DNA of 47,610 nt from a virus (taxonomy: Duplodnaviria; Caudoviricetes), in the IMG/VR virus record IMGVR_UViG_3300037756_000028, positions 1 through 47,610 of that record; one strand, written 5' to 3'. A program made the position numbers and the translations under genes. The notes under the pieces are model-generated. The model was not told the origin of the DNA and did no database searches. It saw nothing but the letters and a program-made list of their open reading frames with translations. Position 1 is the first letter of the stretch. Every line of letters starts with the position of its first letter. Below, piece after piece: positions 16,982-26,634 of the stretch.

Positions 16982-17905
16982 ATGTCTTGGACCTACGACG
17001 CACCGTCGAATACGTACAAGAACTTCGCGCTGTCCAGCAAGATCCGCCGTCAGGCGATTGCTGACACGCAGTTCATGAAATTCCTTACCCCGGAACCGGG
17101 CTATGGCCGCAAGAAGGGCGAGAGCGTTACGATCACTCGTATCCTCAAGCTGCCGCTGGCCACGAAGGTCGGTGAAACCGATCGTCTGCCTTCCGGCCGT
17201 CCGCCCATCGAGACCAAGCAGGTCAAGGTGGCTGAGTGGGGCTTCAAAATTCCGGTCACGGATTTCGAGAAGAACCTCACGTTCTATGACCCCATGAACC
17301 AGTTTCAGGCCACTCTGCGTGACCAGATCGAACTGACCATGGATGTCATGGCCGCGACTGCCATGAAGCTCACCCCGATCAAGTACGTTCCGCTTGCGGC
17401 CGGTGCTTCGATCTCGACCAACGGTTCGCCTTCCGGCACGTCCGACAAGAACCTCTCCGTCGCGGACCTCCGCGATATCCACGACTACCTTCATGACGAT
17501 CTGAAGGCTCCGTACTACAAGAACGGGAAGTACGTGGGTATCCTCTCGACCAAGGCGGCTCGTGGGATCAAGAACGACCCGGAGTACAAGGACTGGATCG
17601 CCCCGACTTCCTCGGAACCGCTCATGAGCGGCATGCTGAAGGACATCGAAGGCTTCACGCTCATCGAGACCAACAACACCGACGCCCTCGCCCGCTTGGC
17701 TGGCGCTTCCACCACGACTGGTGAAGCGGTCTTCTTCGCGGCTGACGCTGCGGGCATCCTCGAAGTACAGGCCCCGGAAATCCGCATGGGTATGCCGGAA
17801 GACCTTGGCCGCTTCAACGATGTTGGCTGGGTTGGTGTTCTGGACGCGTTCCTTGTCTGGGAAACTGCATCGCTTGCCCGTGTCGTTCACGTTACGAGCG
17901 AATAA
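16982..17905 (+). CDS. major capsid protein, 307 aa
   Basis: AGGAG RBS, strong codon bias, GRKKGESVTI, EWG and EDLGRF..VGW patterns; follows the scaffold. Confidence 0.85.
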   Translation: MSWTYDAPSNTYKNFALSSKIRRQAIADTQFMKFLTPEPGYGRKKGESVTITRILKLPLATKVGETDRLPSGRPPIETKQVKVAEWGFKIPVTDFEKNLTFYDPMNQFQATLRDQIELTMDVMAATAMKLTPIKYVPLAAGASISTNGSPSGTSDKNLSVADLRDIHDYLHDDLKAPYYKNGKYVGILSTKAARGIKNDPEYKDWIAPTSSEPLMSGMLKDIEGFTLIETNNTDALARLAGASTTTGEAVFFAADAAGILEVQAPEIRMGMPEDLGRFNDVGWVGVLDAFLVWETASLARVVHVTSE

Positions 17906-17929
17906 CGGATAGGCAAAGGAGATACGAAT

Positions 17930-18406
17930 ATGTCTAGCTATATGGGAAAAGACCAGTTCCTCGATATCGGCGCACTGACCGATAATGGAACTCTTGTGTA
18001 TAATGCGCCGGTGCCGATTGACATCAAGCGCATCATCCTCCGCACGACCACGGCCTATACTGTCGCAGATGATACCGTCACTGTTATTGTCCGGGACAAC
18101 GACGACACGCCGACTGCCACCAAGGGCACCTTTGTCATGGCCTTCACGGGCTCTACCATCGGTGACATCACGGAAGTCGTGTTGGATAGTTCGAACCCGG
18201 TCGCTACGGTTGCGGCTGACGGCTCGCTCTATTCGGCACCGGGTCCGGGGCTGCTTCGCCTCGAACCGGGTCAGGAGCTTGTCCTTACGGACGGCGGCAC
18301 GCAAACCGCTGGTGCCTCGCAGGTCTATATCGAGTTTGTCAAGCAGGGCTTCGGTGCAAGTTCTGACACGAACCCGCTGAAGGCCGCCGCTTATACGCCC
18401 GCTTAA
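17930..18406 (+). CDS. probable capsid decoration protein
   Basis: Beta-rich 158 aa directly after the capsid gene; strong RBS. Confidence 0.6.
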   Translation: MSSYMGKDQFLDIGALTDNGTLVYNAPVPIDIKRIILRTTTAYTVADDTVTVIVRDNDDTPTATKGTFVMAFTGSTIGDITEVVLDSSNPVATVAADGSLYSAPGPGLLRLEPGQELVLTDGGTQTAGASQVYIEFVKQGFGASSDTNPLKAAAYTPA

Positions 18407-18418
18407 CGGACATTTAAT

Positions 18419-18724
18419 ATGTCGTATGTGATTGATGCAAGTAAGCTTGCGTGGGTTGGCGTTCAAGCCGATGGTAGTCAACAGCGCCAGTATGGCATTG
18501 TTCGTCGGTATAAGTGGAACTACACAGACACAAGCAAAACACTTGCTGAGATGGAAGATGGGATAAGCGACGCAGGCGATCTTGATGTAGCTGAAAAATT
18601 GCATCAAGGGGATATGGTAAAAATCATCGGTAGTGATGGTGAACTTGTCACCTTTGTGTACACTTCCGATGAATTTCCAAGTCCTTTATATGTTCGTGTC
18701 GCTTGGTCCTATATAATCTGGTAA
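18419..18724 (+). CDS. hypothetical protein, 101 aa
   Basis: In-operon ORF, more AT-rich than its neighbours. Confidence 0.7.
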   Translation: MSYVIDASKLAWVGVQADGSQQRQYGIVRRYKWNYTDTSKTLAEMEDGISDAGDLDVAEKLHQGDMVKIIGSDGELVTFVYTSDEFPSPLYVRVAWSYIIW

Positions 18725-18737
18725 GGAGACTAATAAA

Positions 18738-19337
18738 ATGTCAGTAGTCGGAAACCTCTCTAGGCACCTCAATCTCGCGGAGCTTGCAGAGCCCCGCGAC
18801 TTCCCCACGTTTCAGTCTGTCGCAACCCGACAGGCTGAGGCTCGCGGTAATATGGGTGTTAACGCCAGTGCGACAGAGCTTGGCTATCTCGCGGGGGCTG
18901 TAGCAGGAACTGCGGGACAGAATAAGGTCATGGTCACAGCCTCCAATCGTTCGATTGGTGGGGGTTGGCGTGATACGCGTACAGTGCGGGCGCAAACCCA
19001 AGCGGCTCCAGTTGCGCTAAATGCAACGGGGACACTTACGGCGGCTATGATGGTTGCTGGTTTGATCACGTCAACATCTGGCGCAGCGGTTACGGCCACA
19101 TTGGACACGGGAACGTTGCTGGAAACTGCAATTGTTGCCGGATCGCCCAGCTTTGCCTCCACCGATTTCATCGATTTTTCGGTAGTCAATACGGGTGGGA
19201 ATACGTTCACTATCGCAACGGCTGCGGGCTGGACTGATGGTGGGAATGCTTTTGTTGCTGTCGCAGGCGGTACATCGGCCACTTTCCGCGCAAGAAAAAC
19301 AGCGGCGAATACCTATACGCTGTATAAAATCGCCTAA
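18738..19337 (+). CDS. virion structural/decoration protein, 199 aa
   Basis: Ala/Thr-rich, beta C-terminus FRARKT..TYTLY; TAAGGAG RBS. Confidence 0.65.
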   Translation: MSVVGNLSRHLNLAELAEPRDFPTFQSVATRQAEARGNMGVNASATELGYLAGAVAGTAGQNKVMVTASNRSIGGGWRDTRTVRAQTQAAPVALNATGTLTAAMMVAGLITSTSGAAVTATLDTGTLLETAIVAGSPSFASTDFIDFSVVNTGGNTFTIATAAGWTDGGNAFVAVAGGTSATFRARKTAANTYTLYKIA

Positions 19338-19409
19338 TACCCATCTGGCGTGGCCCCGGGTCCAGACTATAAACGGGGCAATCAATTCCGACCAACAGGA
19401 GAAAAGCAG

Positions 19410-19868
19410 ATGACAATTGACGTAGATCGTGGCGTTGTTAGCCGGGTGCACCGTGAGACGGGCATTCGGGTTTTTATGTACTATGACAAGCCCGGGTACT
19501 ACTACGATGCTCATTCACACCCGCTCGCGGAAGTCTTTGCCGAACAGGCCGGTTTCGCCATCGGGGATTACGCCAAGGAGCGCTACAAGCGCGAAAAGAT
19601 GGCGGAATTCAGTCTTCAGGTGGAGGCTAGTTTGGCTGAAGCGGAAGCACAGTCGCACAAGGAAGTGATCGCAGAGAAGGGGGAATACAGGGTTCTGGCC
19701 ATGCCATACGGGCAGGCCATCGTGGTCGATGACGCCGACAACCGCCTCACGGCCGTCCCGGTCCCGCTCCAAGCGGCCATGGGCCTACTGGACGCGCTGG
19801 TCCCAAGTGAGCCCGAAGACATCAAGGGCAAGAAGGCTAAGGCTGTCGAAGCTAAGGCCGCGAAGTAA
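19410..19868 (+). CDS. hypothetical protein, 152 aa (MTIDVDRG...)
   Basis: AGGAG RBS before ATG 19410. Confidence 0.75.
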   Translation: MTIDVDRGVVSRVHRETGIRVFMYYDKPGYYYDAHSHPLAEVFAEQAGFAIGDYAKERYKREKMAEFSLQVEASLAEAEAQSHKEVIAEKGEYRVLAMPYGQAIVVDDADNRLTAVPVPLQAAMGLLDALVPSEPEDIKGKKAKAVEAKAAK

Positions 19869-19896
19869 TCCCTCGCATGTGAGGGTGTTGCAGGGA

Positions 19897-19925
19897 AAGG
19901 GCTCGGGCTAGACCCGGGCTCTTTT
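19897..19925 (+). terminator. intrinsic terminator
   Basis: GGGCTCGGG-CTAGA-CCCGGGCTC (with G-U pairs) followed by TTTT. Confidence 0.6.
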
Positions 19926-19929
19926 CATA

Positions 19930-19949
19930 TGCTACAATAGCGTTTAAAC
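19930..19949 (+). promoter_or_regulatory. extended -10 promoter with a GTTTAAAC box at the predicted start site
   Basis: TGCTACAAT 19930-19938; GTTTAAAC 19942-19949. Confidence 0.55.
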
Positions 19950-19962
19950 ACGGAGCCCTCGA

Positions 19963-20643
19963 ATGACCTACCTTGAACTCCAGACCGCTGTCCTAACCGC
20001 CCTGATCGACACCCCCACGATGGTGCAGGACGCTGTGCCGCGTCTGGTTAATCAGGCCATCAAGGAGCTTCAGCAACGCTTCAACTTCCGGGTCATGCAG
20101 GCGAACGAAGAGTACCTGACCGTGGGCAGTTCGCGGACCCTGAGCCCGGCTGGTATGCCCGACGATTTCAAGGAGTTCCGCAAGCGGGCCTTCTACACCG
20201 AGTTTCTTGGTGGGAACCGGGAGATTGATATCCTGTCGGATAGGGCCAGTATCCTTCGTAGGTGGAACACGGACGACATCGGGGACCCGCACCAGCTTCT
20301 ATTGGATGCTGGTACATTGGAAGTCTGGCCCCTGCCGGATGGAGTTTCAGACTACGTGGACGGGCAGTACCGCATAACCATGCCATACTGGAAGTACATT
20401 CCCGATTTGCAAGCAGACGGCGACACCAATTGGTTTACCCTCAACGCGGTCCAGTACATCATCAACTGGGCTACGTCTGAGGGCTTCGCGCTGGACTGGG
20501 ACGAGAAGCGCTCAGGCTGGTGGAGAGACCGGGCCGACAAGGAAGCGCTGCGCGTGATCCTGACGGGCAAGAAAGAATTCTACTCCCAGAGCGACACGCT
20601 TGTTCCACACCAAGGGGCCCTCGAAAGCCCCGCTATGAGGTAA
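19963..20643 (+). CDS. head-tail adaptor protein
   Basis: MTYLEL...VNQA, P.DF, VWPLPD..Y, DTNWF pattern of podovirus adaptors. Confidence 0.75.
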   Translation: MTYLELQTAVLTALIDTPTMVQDAVPRLVNQAIKELQQRFNFRVMQANEEYLTVGSSRTLSPAGMPDDFKEFRKRAFYTEFLGGNREIDILSDRASILRRWNTDDIGDPHQLLLDAGTLEVWPLPDGVSDYVDGQYRITMPYWKYIPDLQADGDTNWFTLNAVQYIINWATSEGFALDWDEKRSGWWRDRADKEALRVILTGKKEFYSQSDTLVPHQGALESPAMR

Positions 20644-20647
20644 TCCG

Positions 20648-22186
20648 ATGGCCGTTTCCCCTCCCTTCTCGATAGCCGAGACCCTTCCGGCTGAGACCGA
20701 TTTGATCAGCATCTTTCCCGGGCAGGAGCACCCGTTCAGGGACACGGTGGAGAGTTGGCTGACGTTCCTGTCGGACCCGACGACTGGGCTGCTGAAGAGC
20801 ACGGCCTTTGACTTTCCGTTCGAAATCACGAACTCGGCGGCTGGTACGTTTATCCTGCTCGAAAGCACCGAAGGTGGCGCGGCTGCATCCCCTATTATCG
20901 AGCTATACCGGAACAGCGCTAGCCCGGCTGCGGCTGACGTGCTCGGCACGGTGATCTTCTATGGGGAGGATAGCGCGGGGAACAAGCAGGAATACGGTCG
21001 GATTGCGGCCGCAATCGCGGATACGACCAGCACCTCTGAAGACGGCACGCTGACCTTCTCGGCCATGGTGGCGGGCTCTGCGGCCGACCGGCTGACCCTG
21101 AATGCCGCTGGCGTGACCATCGGCGGAACGCTGTCCTACGCAGGCGCTATCGCTGGCCTCACGGGCACTGGCGCGCTGGACAGCGGTTCGATCACCTCGG
21201 GCTTTGGCGCGATTAACATCGGCGCGGATCCACTAACGGCTGGAGCTATTGCAGGGACCACGGGGACGTTTAGTGGGGCAGTCAGCGCAGCAGCTATCAG
21301 CGGCACCACTGGCACCTTCTCGGGAGCTATCAGTGGGGTCACGGGGACTTTCAGCGGAGCCATTCAGGGCACCACTGGTACGTTTAGCGGGGCTGTTTCC
21401 GGCGATAGTTTTGCCTCTTCGCTTGGCGCCGTTGGAGCTCCGAGCTATACCTTCACCGGCGATTTGAATACAGGCATGTGGTCTCCAGCAGCCGACATAA
21501 TCGCGTGGTCTGCGGATGGCACTGAAATGTCCAGACTATCCACTTTTGGCTGGAAGATAGGTAAAACCACGTCAGATTACACAGTAGCGGGTTTTGAGGC
21601 GTTTCCATCAGGCTTTTTAGCCCTCACCACTGCGTCTAGTAGCAATGTTCTTCAGATTAATCGGCAGGATAATGACGGGGCGCTTGTCAGCTTCTTGCAA
21701 GCTAACGTTGCGGAAGGCAGCATTTCGGTCTCTGGAACGACAGTTACTTATGGTTCATTCAGTGGAAGCCATGAAAGTCAGCTTGCCTATCCCGCGCAGC
21801 GGGGGCAAATGCTTCGCGGGACTATATTAGAGAGTGTTGATGCGCTCTGTAACTGGTACGACCGGGGTGAGCTTCTTGCTAAAGTCAAGGTCTCGGATAT
21901 GGCCGGAAGTCGCAGCGTCTATGGCGTGTTCTTCGACTGGTATGACGGTGACGCGGAAGACGATACGCTCAACGTCGCTTCCCTCGGGGCTTTTTGCATC
22001 CGGATAGCTCCGGGCGAGCAGGTCCACAATGGCGACCTGATCGAAAGCAATGGCGATGGCTGCGGCAGGGTGCAGGCGGATGACCTGATGCGCTCAAGCA
22101 CGGTCGCCAAGATCACAGTGGCGATCCCGATTGACACTTATCCGGACAGGTCTTCGGTGTATCCCTGTACCTTGCATTGTGGCTAA
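20648..22186 (+). CDS. tail fibre/spike with TGTFSGA repeats and a chaperone-like C-terminal domain
   Basis: Four TGTFSGA repeats, APSYTFTGDLNTG motif, C-terminal GDLIESNGDG...PCTLHCG. Confidence 0.75.
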   Translation: MAVSPPFSIAETLPAETDLISIFPGQEHPFRDTVESWLTFLSDPTTGLLKSTAFDFPFEITNSAAGTFILLESTEGGAAASPIIELYRNSASPAAADVLGTVIFYGEDSAGNKQEYGRIAAAIADTTSTSEDGTLTFSAMVAGSAADRLTLNAAGVTIGGTLSYAGAIAGLTGTGALDSGSITSGFGAINIGADPLTAGAIAGTTGTFSGAVSAAAISGTTGTFSGAISGVTGTFSGAIQGTTGTFSGAVSGDSFASSLGAVGAPSYTFTGDLNTGMWSPAADIIAWSADGTEMSRLSTFGWKIGKTTSDYTVAGFEAFPSGFLALTTASSSNVLQINRQDNDGALVSFLQANVAEGSISVSGTTVTYGSFSGSHESQLAYPAQRGQMLRGTILESVDALCNWYDRGELLAKVKVSDMAGSRSVYGVFFDWYDGDAEDDTLNVASLGAFCIRIAPGEQVHNGDLIESNGDGCGRVQADDLMRSSTVAKITVAIPIDTYPDRSSVYPCTLHCG

Positions 22187-22193
22187 TACGATG

Positions 22194-22499
22194 TCACTCG
22201 AACCACTGGCACCCGTAACTACCGCAAATGTGTTTGGCCTTGGCCGCCGAGACGGCCCGGACAATGCAAGATTTATTTTTGTACAGGAATTGCCTTGGCG
22301 GCTGGTAGGCTTTGTAGCCTTTTTTGAAGGCAGCACCCGCCGGCCTTTTGGGGTGCTTCCAACCATTAGCGTGGGCCATTTCATGCCAATAGACTTCCTT
22401 GGACCATGGTACGTCATTGGCATAAATGATGACGCAGGACTTCCCAGCCCATGCAGGCCAAGCCAAAATCACGAAAAGCAAAAAAATGACGGTGCGCAT
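22194..22499 (-). CDS. small secreted protein with an HExxH motif, antisense within the tail module
   Basis: Signal peptide ending AWA, HEMAH, four Cys; fills the gap between two tail genes. Confidence 0.65.
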   Translation of the reverse strand: MRTVIFLLFVILAWPAWAGKSCVIIYANDVPWSKEVYWHEMAHANGWKHPKRPAGAAFKKGYKAYQPPRQFLYKNKSCIVRAVSAAKAKHICGSYGCQWFE

Positions 22500-22552
22500 T
22501 CACATAATATAAGTTCCCCGCGCTGTTTGCCAACCCTCTAGGGAAAAAATTA

Positions 22553-24370
22553 ATGGCCAAATCCTCCGCTGTAGTGCAGCCTAATTACGGTCTGTACTTC
22601 GACAGGCCGGAAATCAGCATGCATCCGAAGATGCTGGCGGACGGGAAGAACTTCAGGATCAAGAACGGGGTGATCAGCGCACTCAACTTGGGCTGGTCTC
22701 GGTTCTCCGACGACTGGCAGCTTGACGGCCCGGTGATGTTGATCGTCAGCTTCATTCCGCGCAACGACGTCGAGCATCTGATCTTCGTGACCCCGGATAG
22801 CATCTATGAGTACGACGAGAGCGCGGACGACGCGATCAAGCTCAATAACATATATGCTGTTGGAACGGTCGAAGTTAATGGCGTAGACGTTATCGGAACG
22901 GGCACGCTCTGGGCTGCGACTGTCAAGGCTGGGGACTTGATCACCTTTGGCACGGCAGTGGGCCGCAGCGCTAAGCTAACGTGGTTTGAAGTGGATAGTG
23001 TCACCGACGACAACAATCTGGTGCTGACTGAAGACGCCGGTATCATCGCGGCAGGTGAAGCCTACACAGTCAGCATCACCTTCCAAGGCGATAAGCGCGA
23101 CCAGTGGGACTGGGACGTCTTCACTCAAGACGGGGACAGCGGGGATGACCTCGCCTTTTTCACGAACAACGTGGACCCGCCGATCACGTGGAACGGGACG
23201 GACACGGAGGTTACCCTTCACCCAGAGTTGGACATCATCTGCTCCACGCTGACCGCATTCTCGAACATGATGATCTATGGTAATGTGACCGTGGCTGGCT
23301 CGACCTACCCCACCAGTATCATCAACTCTGACATCGGCCTTCCGCTCCACGCTGGCGCTACAGGCACCGGCCTGTCTGAGCAGTTCATTACCCATGATCG
23401 CTCCGACAAGATCGTCCAGATGCTTCCGCTGGCGGACAACCTCGCCATCTATTCCGAGAAGACCGTGACTATCGTCCAATTCATCGGTGACCCGCTGGTG
23501 TTCGCGTTCCGGCAGGCGACGAACGGCTACGGGCTGATCGGTCGCGCTGCGCTGGCGGACTTCGGTGACCACCACGAGTTCGTCAACATCGACGGCCAGT
23601 ACGGGTTCGATGGCGTTGGGCTGCGCGAAATCAACACCCACGTGTTCCGCGAAGCGATCCGCAGAGGTGACCCCGGGCGTAGGGCCTTCACGCTGTCGCA
23701 CTTTGACGAGCAGCAAGGCGATCTGATCTGGGCTATCCCCGGCACCACGGACCCGGCTACTTCGCAGGAAACAGGCAACCGCCAAGGAGACACAGCCTTC
23801 ATAGAGCACTATCTGGAGGATGTTCCGCAACAAGTCAATATACCCTTCAGCTTTCGTGCATTTCCTTTCACCGCCACGGGCTACTACTTGCGCAAGACCG
23901 GCATTACTTGGGCTCAGGTTGCCGAGCAGTGGCAGGAGTACAACTACTCTTGGAACGACCAGTTCTTCCAAGCGTCGTTCCCACAGAACCTAGCTGGCGA
24001 CGATGACGGGATCATCTATATCCTGTCCGAGACCCAGCGGGGTAACGGGGTAGTGTTACCTTCGCACGTCCGATTTAGCAGAATGGCCTTAGGAAGTGGG
24101 CGTGAGCGGGGCCTCTTGCGCCGGGTGTACCCGTTCATCGAGACCACTCAGACCCAAGTGACCGTGACGGTCTGGCTGGCGGATCACGCCTCGGGCCAAT
24201 TGTCCAGCGGCGGAACCTATACGTATGATGGCACTCATCCGGAGGGTGGGCACTTCGTCAGCCCGTTCCGCAGAGGGCGGTTTTTGTCGCTCCAGTTCGG
24301 GGATCCGGGTGGTGACGGCTGGGTGCTCGACGGCTACGATACTGATCAGTCAATGGGTGGGTCACGGTAA
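22553..24370 (+). CDS. tail nozzle / DNA-stabilisation protein (P22 gp10-like)
   Basis: 605 aa, beta-rich, ends RGRFLSLQF; position in the tail module. Confidence 0.75.
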   Translation: MAKSSAVVQPNYGLYFDRPEISMHPKMLADGKNFRIKNGVISALNLGWSRFSDDWQLDGPVMLIVSFIPRNDVEHLIFVTPDSIYEYDESADDAIKLNNIYAVGTVEVNGVDVIGTGTLWAATVKAGDLITFGTAVGRSAKLTWFEVDSVTDDNNLVLTEDAGIIAAGEAYTVSITFQGDKRDQWDWDVFTQDGDSGDDLAFFTNNVDPPITWNGTDTEVTLHPELDIICSTLTAFSNMMIYGNVTVAGSTYPTSIINSDIGLPLHAGATGTGLSEQFITHDRSDKIVQMLPLADNLAIYSEKTVTIVQFIGDPLVFAFRQATNGYGLIGRAALADFGDHHEFVNIDGQYGFDGVGLREINTHVFREAIRRGDPGRRAFTLSHFDEQQGDLIWAIPGTTDPATSQETGNRQGDTAFIEHYLEDVPQQVNIPFSFRAFPFTATGYYLRKTGITWAQVAEQWQEYNYSWNDQFFQASFPQNLAGDDDGIIYILSETQRGNGVVLPSHVRFSRMALGSGRERGLLRRVYPFIETTQTQVTVTVWLADHASGQLSSGGTYTYDGTHPEGGHFVSPFRRGRFLSLQFGDPGGDGWVLDGYDTDQSMGGSR

Positions 24371-24573
24371 TGGAAGACCAGAAATACAGGGAAGCTAAGC
24401 TCAACCGCATGCAGGGCATGCCGGAGGATCAGAAGGCTGCGCTGAAGGCGTTCAACGCCAAGCAGGAATGGACGATCCAATGCTGGAACTGTCGGAACCC
24501 GATCACCCGGATGCTCAAGGACCTGTCGGGTCCGTGTCCGCACTGTGGGGTTGAACTGAGCAAGAAGGGCTGA
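24370..24573 (+). CDS. 67-aa zinc-ribbon protein
   Basis: CWNC...CPHC; TAATG coupling. Confidence 0.7.
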   Translation: MEDQKYREAKLNRMQGMPEDQKAALKAFNAKQEWTIQCWNCRNPITRMLKDLSGPCPHCGVELSKKG

Positions 24574-24576
24574 CCG

Positions 24577-25560
24577 ATGGCCTTTCAGACCCCAGAAAAG
24601 CAAGTCCTGCCGATCGCGCCTATCACCGACGACACGATGAAGCTCGCCCGCTGGGCTGGGGACTTGACCCGAACGCTCCAGCAAAACCTCGCCACCATTG
24701 CGCGCAGAGCGAACGACAAGACCACGGTGCCGCTGTCGGGGGACCTTGACGCGGCAGGCTTCGACATTATCAACGTGGGTGAGCTTGAGGCGGAAATCGG
24801 GACGTTTAACACCAGCCTGTCAGTGGGTGGTGTGGCCGTCATCCCGGCCAACTACCAGCCGCTCGACGCGGACCTTACCAGTTGGGCCGCTATCACCCGG
24901 GCTGCGGGCTTCGACACGTTCGTCGCTGCGGCCTCCAGCGCCAACCTCGCCAGCCTGCTCACGGACGAAACCGGCACTGGCGTTGTGGTGTTCTCGGCCT
25001 CTCCCGCGCTGACTGGCACCCCTACGGCCCCGACTGCTGCACCCGGGACCAACTCCACGCAGCTTGCCACGACCGCGTTTGTCGCGGCCAGCTTCGCTCC
25101 GCTGGCCAGCCCCGCACTGACTGGAGACCCAACCGCTCCCACCGCTGCCCCGGGGGACAACGACACCTCGCTCGCCACCACGGCGTTTGTCACGGCCGCA
25201 GTGGCAGCAGCTCCGATTGTATTCTCGGAAGCTTTCGAGAGCGCCCAGCAAACCATTACGTCTGGTGGATCGCTTACAATAGCTCATGGCCTGAGCACTA
25301 CACCCACACTGTACCAAGCCTTCCTGCAATGCACGACCGCTGAGCACGGGTATTCGATTGGCAATGAGATTGCCATTAACCCGCATATCTCCCCGGCTGG
25401 CTCGAACAACCGAGGCCTGGTGATGATTCCGGACGCTACTAATATCAACATTCGCATGGGCAGTGACGCCAGCGCGTTTTCGCTTTTGAGCAACACGACT
25501 GGCGCTAGCGTGGCGCTTACAAACGGCAACTGGGCGCTTGTCGTGCGCGCTTGGGCTTGA
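24577..25560 (+). CDS. tail fibre/needle-like protein
   Basis: Two copies of ASPALTGxPTAPTAAPGxNxTxLATTAFV, a common tail-fibre repeat. Confidence 0.8.
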   Translation: MAFQTPEKQVLPIAPITDDTMKLARWAGDLTRTLQQNLATIARRANDKTTVPLSGDLDAAGFDIINVGELEAEIGTFNTSLSVGGVAVIPANYQPLDADLTSWAAITRAAGFDTFVAAASSANLASLLTDETGTGVVVFSASPALTGTPTAPTAAPGTNSTQLATTAFVAASFAPLASPALTGDPTAPTAAPGDNDTSLATTAFVTAAVAAAPIVFSEAFESAQQTITSGGSLTIAHGLSTTPTLYQAFLQCTTAEHGYSIGNEIAINPHISPAGSNNRGLVMIPDATNINIRMGSDASAFSLLSNTTGASVALTNGNWALVVRAWA

Positions 25561-25612
25561 AGGCTGGCTGAAAACCCTATACATTCTTTGGTCAGTCCAC
25601 AGGAGATTTCAC

Positions 25613-26023
25613 ATGGCACCTTGGCCTCGATACGCATTCAGGTATGGTTTCTATAATATGGGCAGACCGCGCTTCCCGCTCCCGGGCTACGTGGTCATGA
25701 CAGACAGGAGTACAGGCGTTGAATACTACCTCGGACAGGAAGGTTCCCCGGGATCACTCACCGTATCACTTGAGCACTGGGACGGTTCAATCCGTCAGCC
25801 CTTTCACGACTACGGACCCGATGGTGGTCCTTATCTCAACGGCGGAAAGGTCAAGCTCTACATTGACGAAGAAACTCTCGAAGCCGAAGCAGCCGACAGC
25901 GGTATCTCCGACCCTCGCATCTTCACGCGGGATGAGGCATATGGACGACTTCTTATCGAGATTACGGCAACACCCGACTGGCTCCCGGGCGACCCGCTGA
26001 TCTACACGGAGACGGAGACATGA
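25613..26023 (+). CDS. hypothetical protein, 136 aa (MAPWPRY...)
   Basis: AGGAG RBS before ATG 25613. Confidence 0.7.
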   Translation: MAPWPRYAFRYGFYNMGRPRFPLPGYVVMTDRSTGVEYYLGQEGSPGSLTVSLEHWDGSIRQPFHDYGPDGGPYLNGGKVKLYIDEETLEAEAADSGISDPRIFTRDEAYGRLLIEITATPDWLPGDPLIYTETET

Positions 26024-26024
26024 C

Positions 26025-26165
26025 ATGCTAAAGACCCGGCAGAGTAAGAACGTCGAGGATGAACGGCGGACAGGCAAGGGCAAAAACGAGAACCCTTTCA
26101 ATAGACGAGCCCAGCGGTGAGCTGATTAGCTCGCGCAGACCTCGCGAAAAACACTAAGGAGATAA
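26025..26165 (+). pseudogene. short ORF MLKTRQSKNVEDERR... with in-frame TGA and TAG before a TAA
   Basis: GGAG RBS; stops at 26118 and 26127; the frame closes 1 nt before the next gene. Confidence 0.3.
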
Positions 26166-26166
26166 G

Positions 26167-26622
26167 ATGGCACAAGTAGTTGAACTGAAAAATCCCCGGG
26201 CTCTACTGGCCCCGGAAATCGAGAAGGTGCTCCGTAAGGCAAGTGTCTCGGCTGCGTTCGTGGCCCCGGCAGGCTTCGACGCTATCGCCTCGGACCTGTT
26301 CGAACTGGTCACCAACGAGAACTCTTTCATCTTGATCGGGTTCGAAGACGGTGAGGCTAAGTCGGTGGTATGGGGCTTCTTCCCCTACAACAAGCTGTTC
26401 CCGTACCCAACAGTGCAGATGTTTTACTCCGAAGGCTCCAAGGAACTCCTTGAGCTTACGCGAGACCGCCTGCTTGAAGTTCTGCTTGCGCGGGGGTATA
26501 CTACCGCTTGGGCTGTGAACGTCACCGGCAAATCCGACAGAGCTTGGATGAAGGTATTCGAGACACCCGGTAAGACCAAGATTAAAATTCTGGGGAGTGT
26601 CATGGAACTCTCCGTTCTATAA
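26167..26622 (+). CDS. putative GNAT-fold virion assembly protein
   Basis: 151 aa just before the ejection genes, where podoviruses often carry a GNAT-like gene. The fold is inferred. Confidence 0.45.
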   Translation: MAQVVELKNPRALLAPEIEKVLRKASVSAAFVAPAGFDAIASDLFELVTNENSFILIGFEDGEAKSVVWGFFPYNKLFPYPTVQMFYSEGSKELLELTRDRLLEVLLARGYTTAWAVNVTGKSDRAWMKVFETPGKTKIKILGSVMELSVL

Positions 26623-26634
26623 GGAGAACTTCCA

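Noticed and set aside
16946-18607. 553-aa minus-strand ORF
   Set aside because: Antisense shadow of the codon-biased capsid and decoration genes; no motifs.
21250-25200. Repeats in the tail fibres as a diversity-generating or invertible system
   Set aside because: They are ordinary protein-level fibre repeats with synonymous divergence; no reverse transcriptase or invertase is present.
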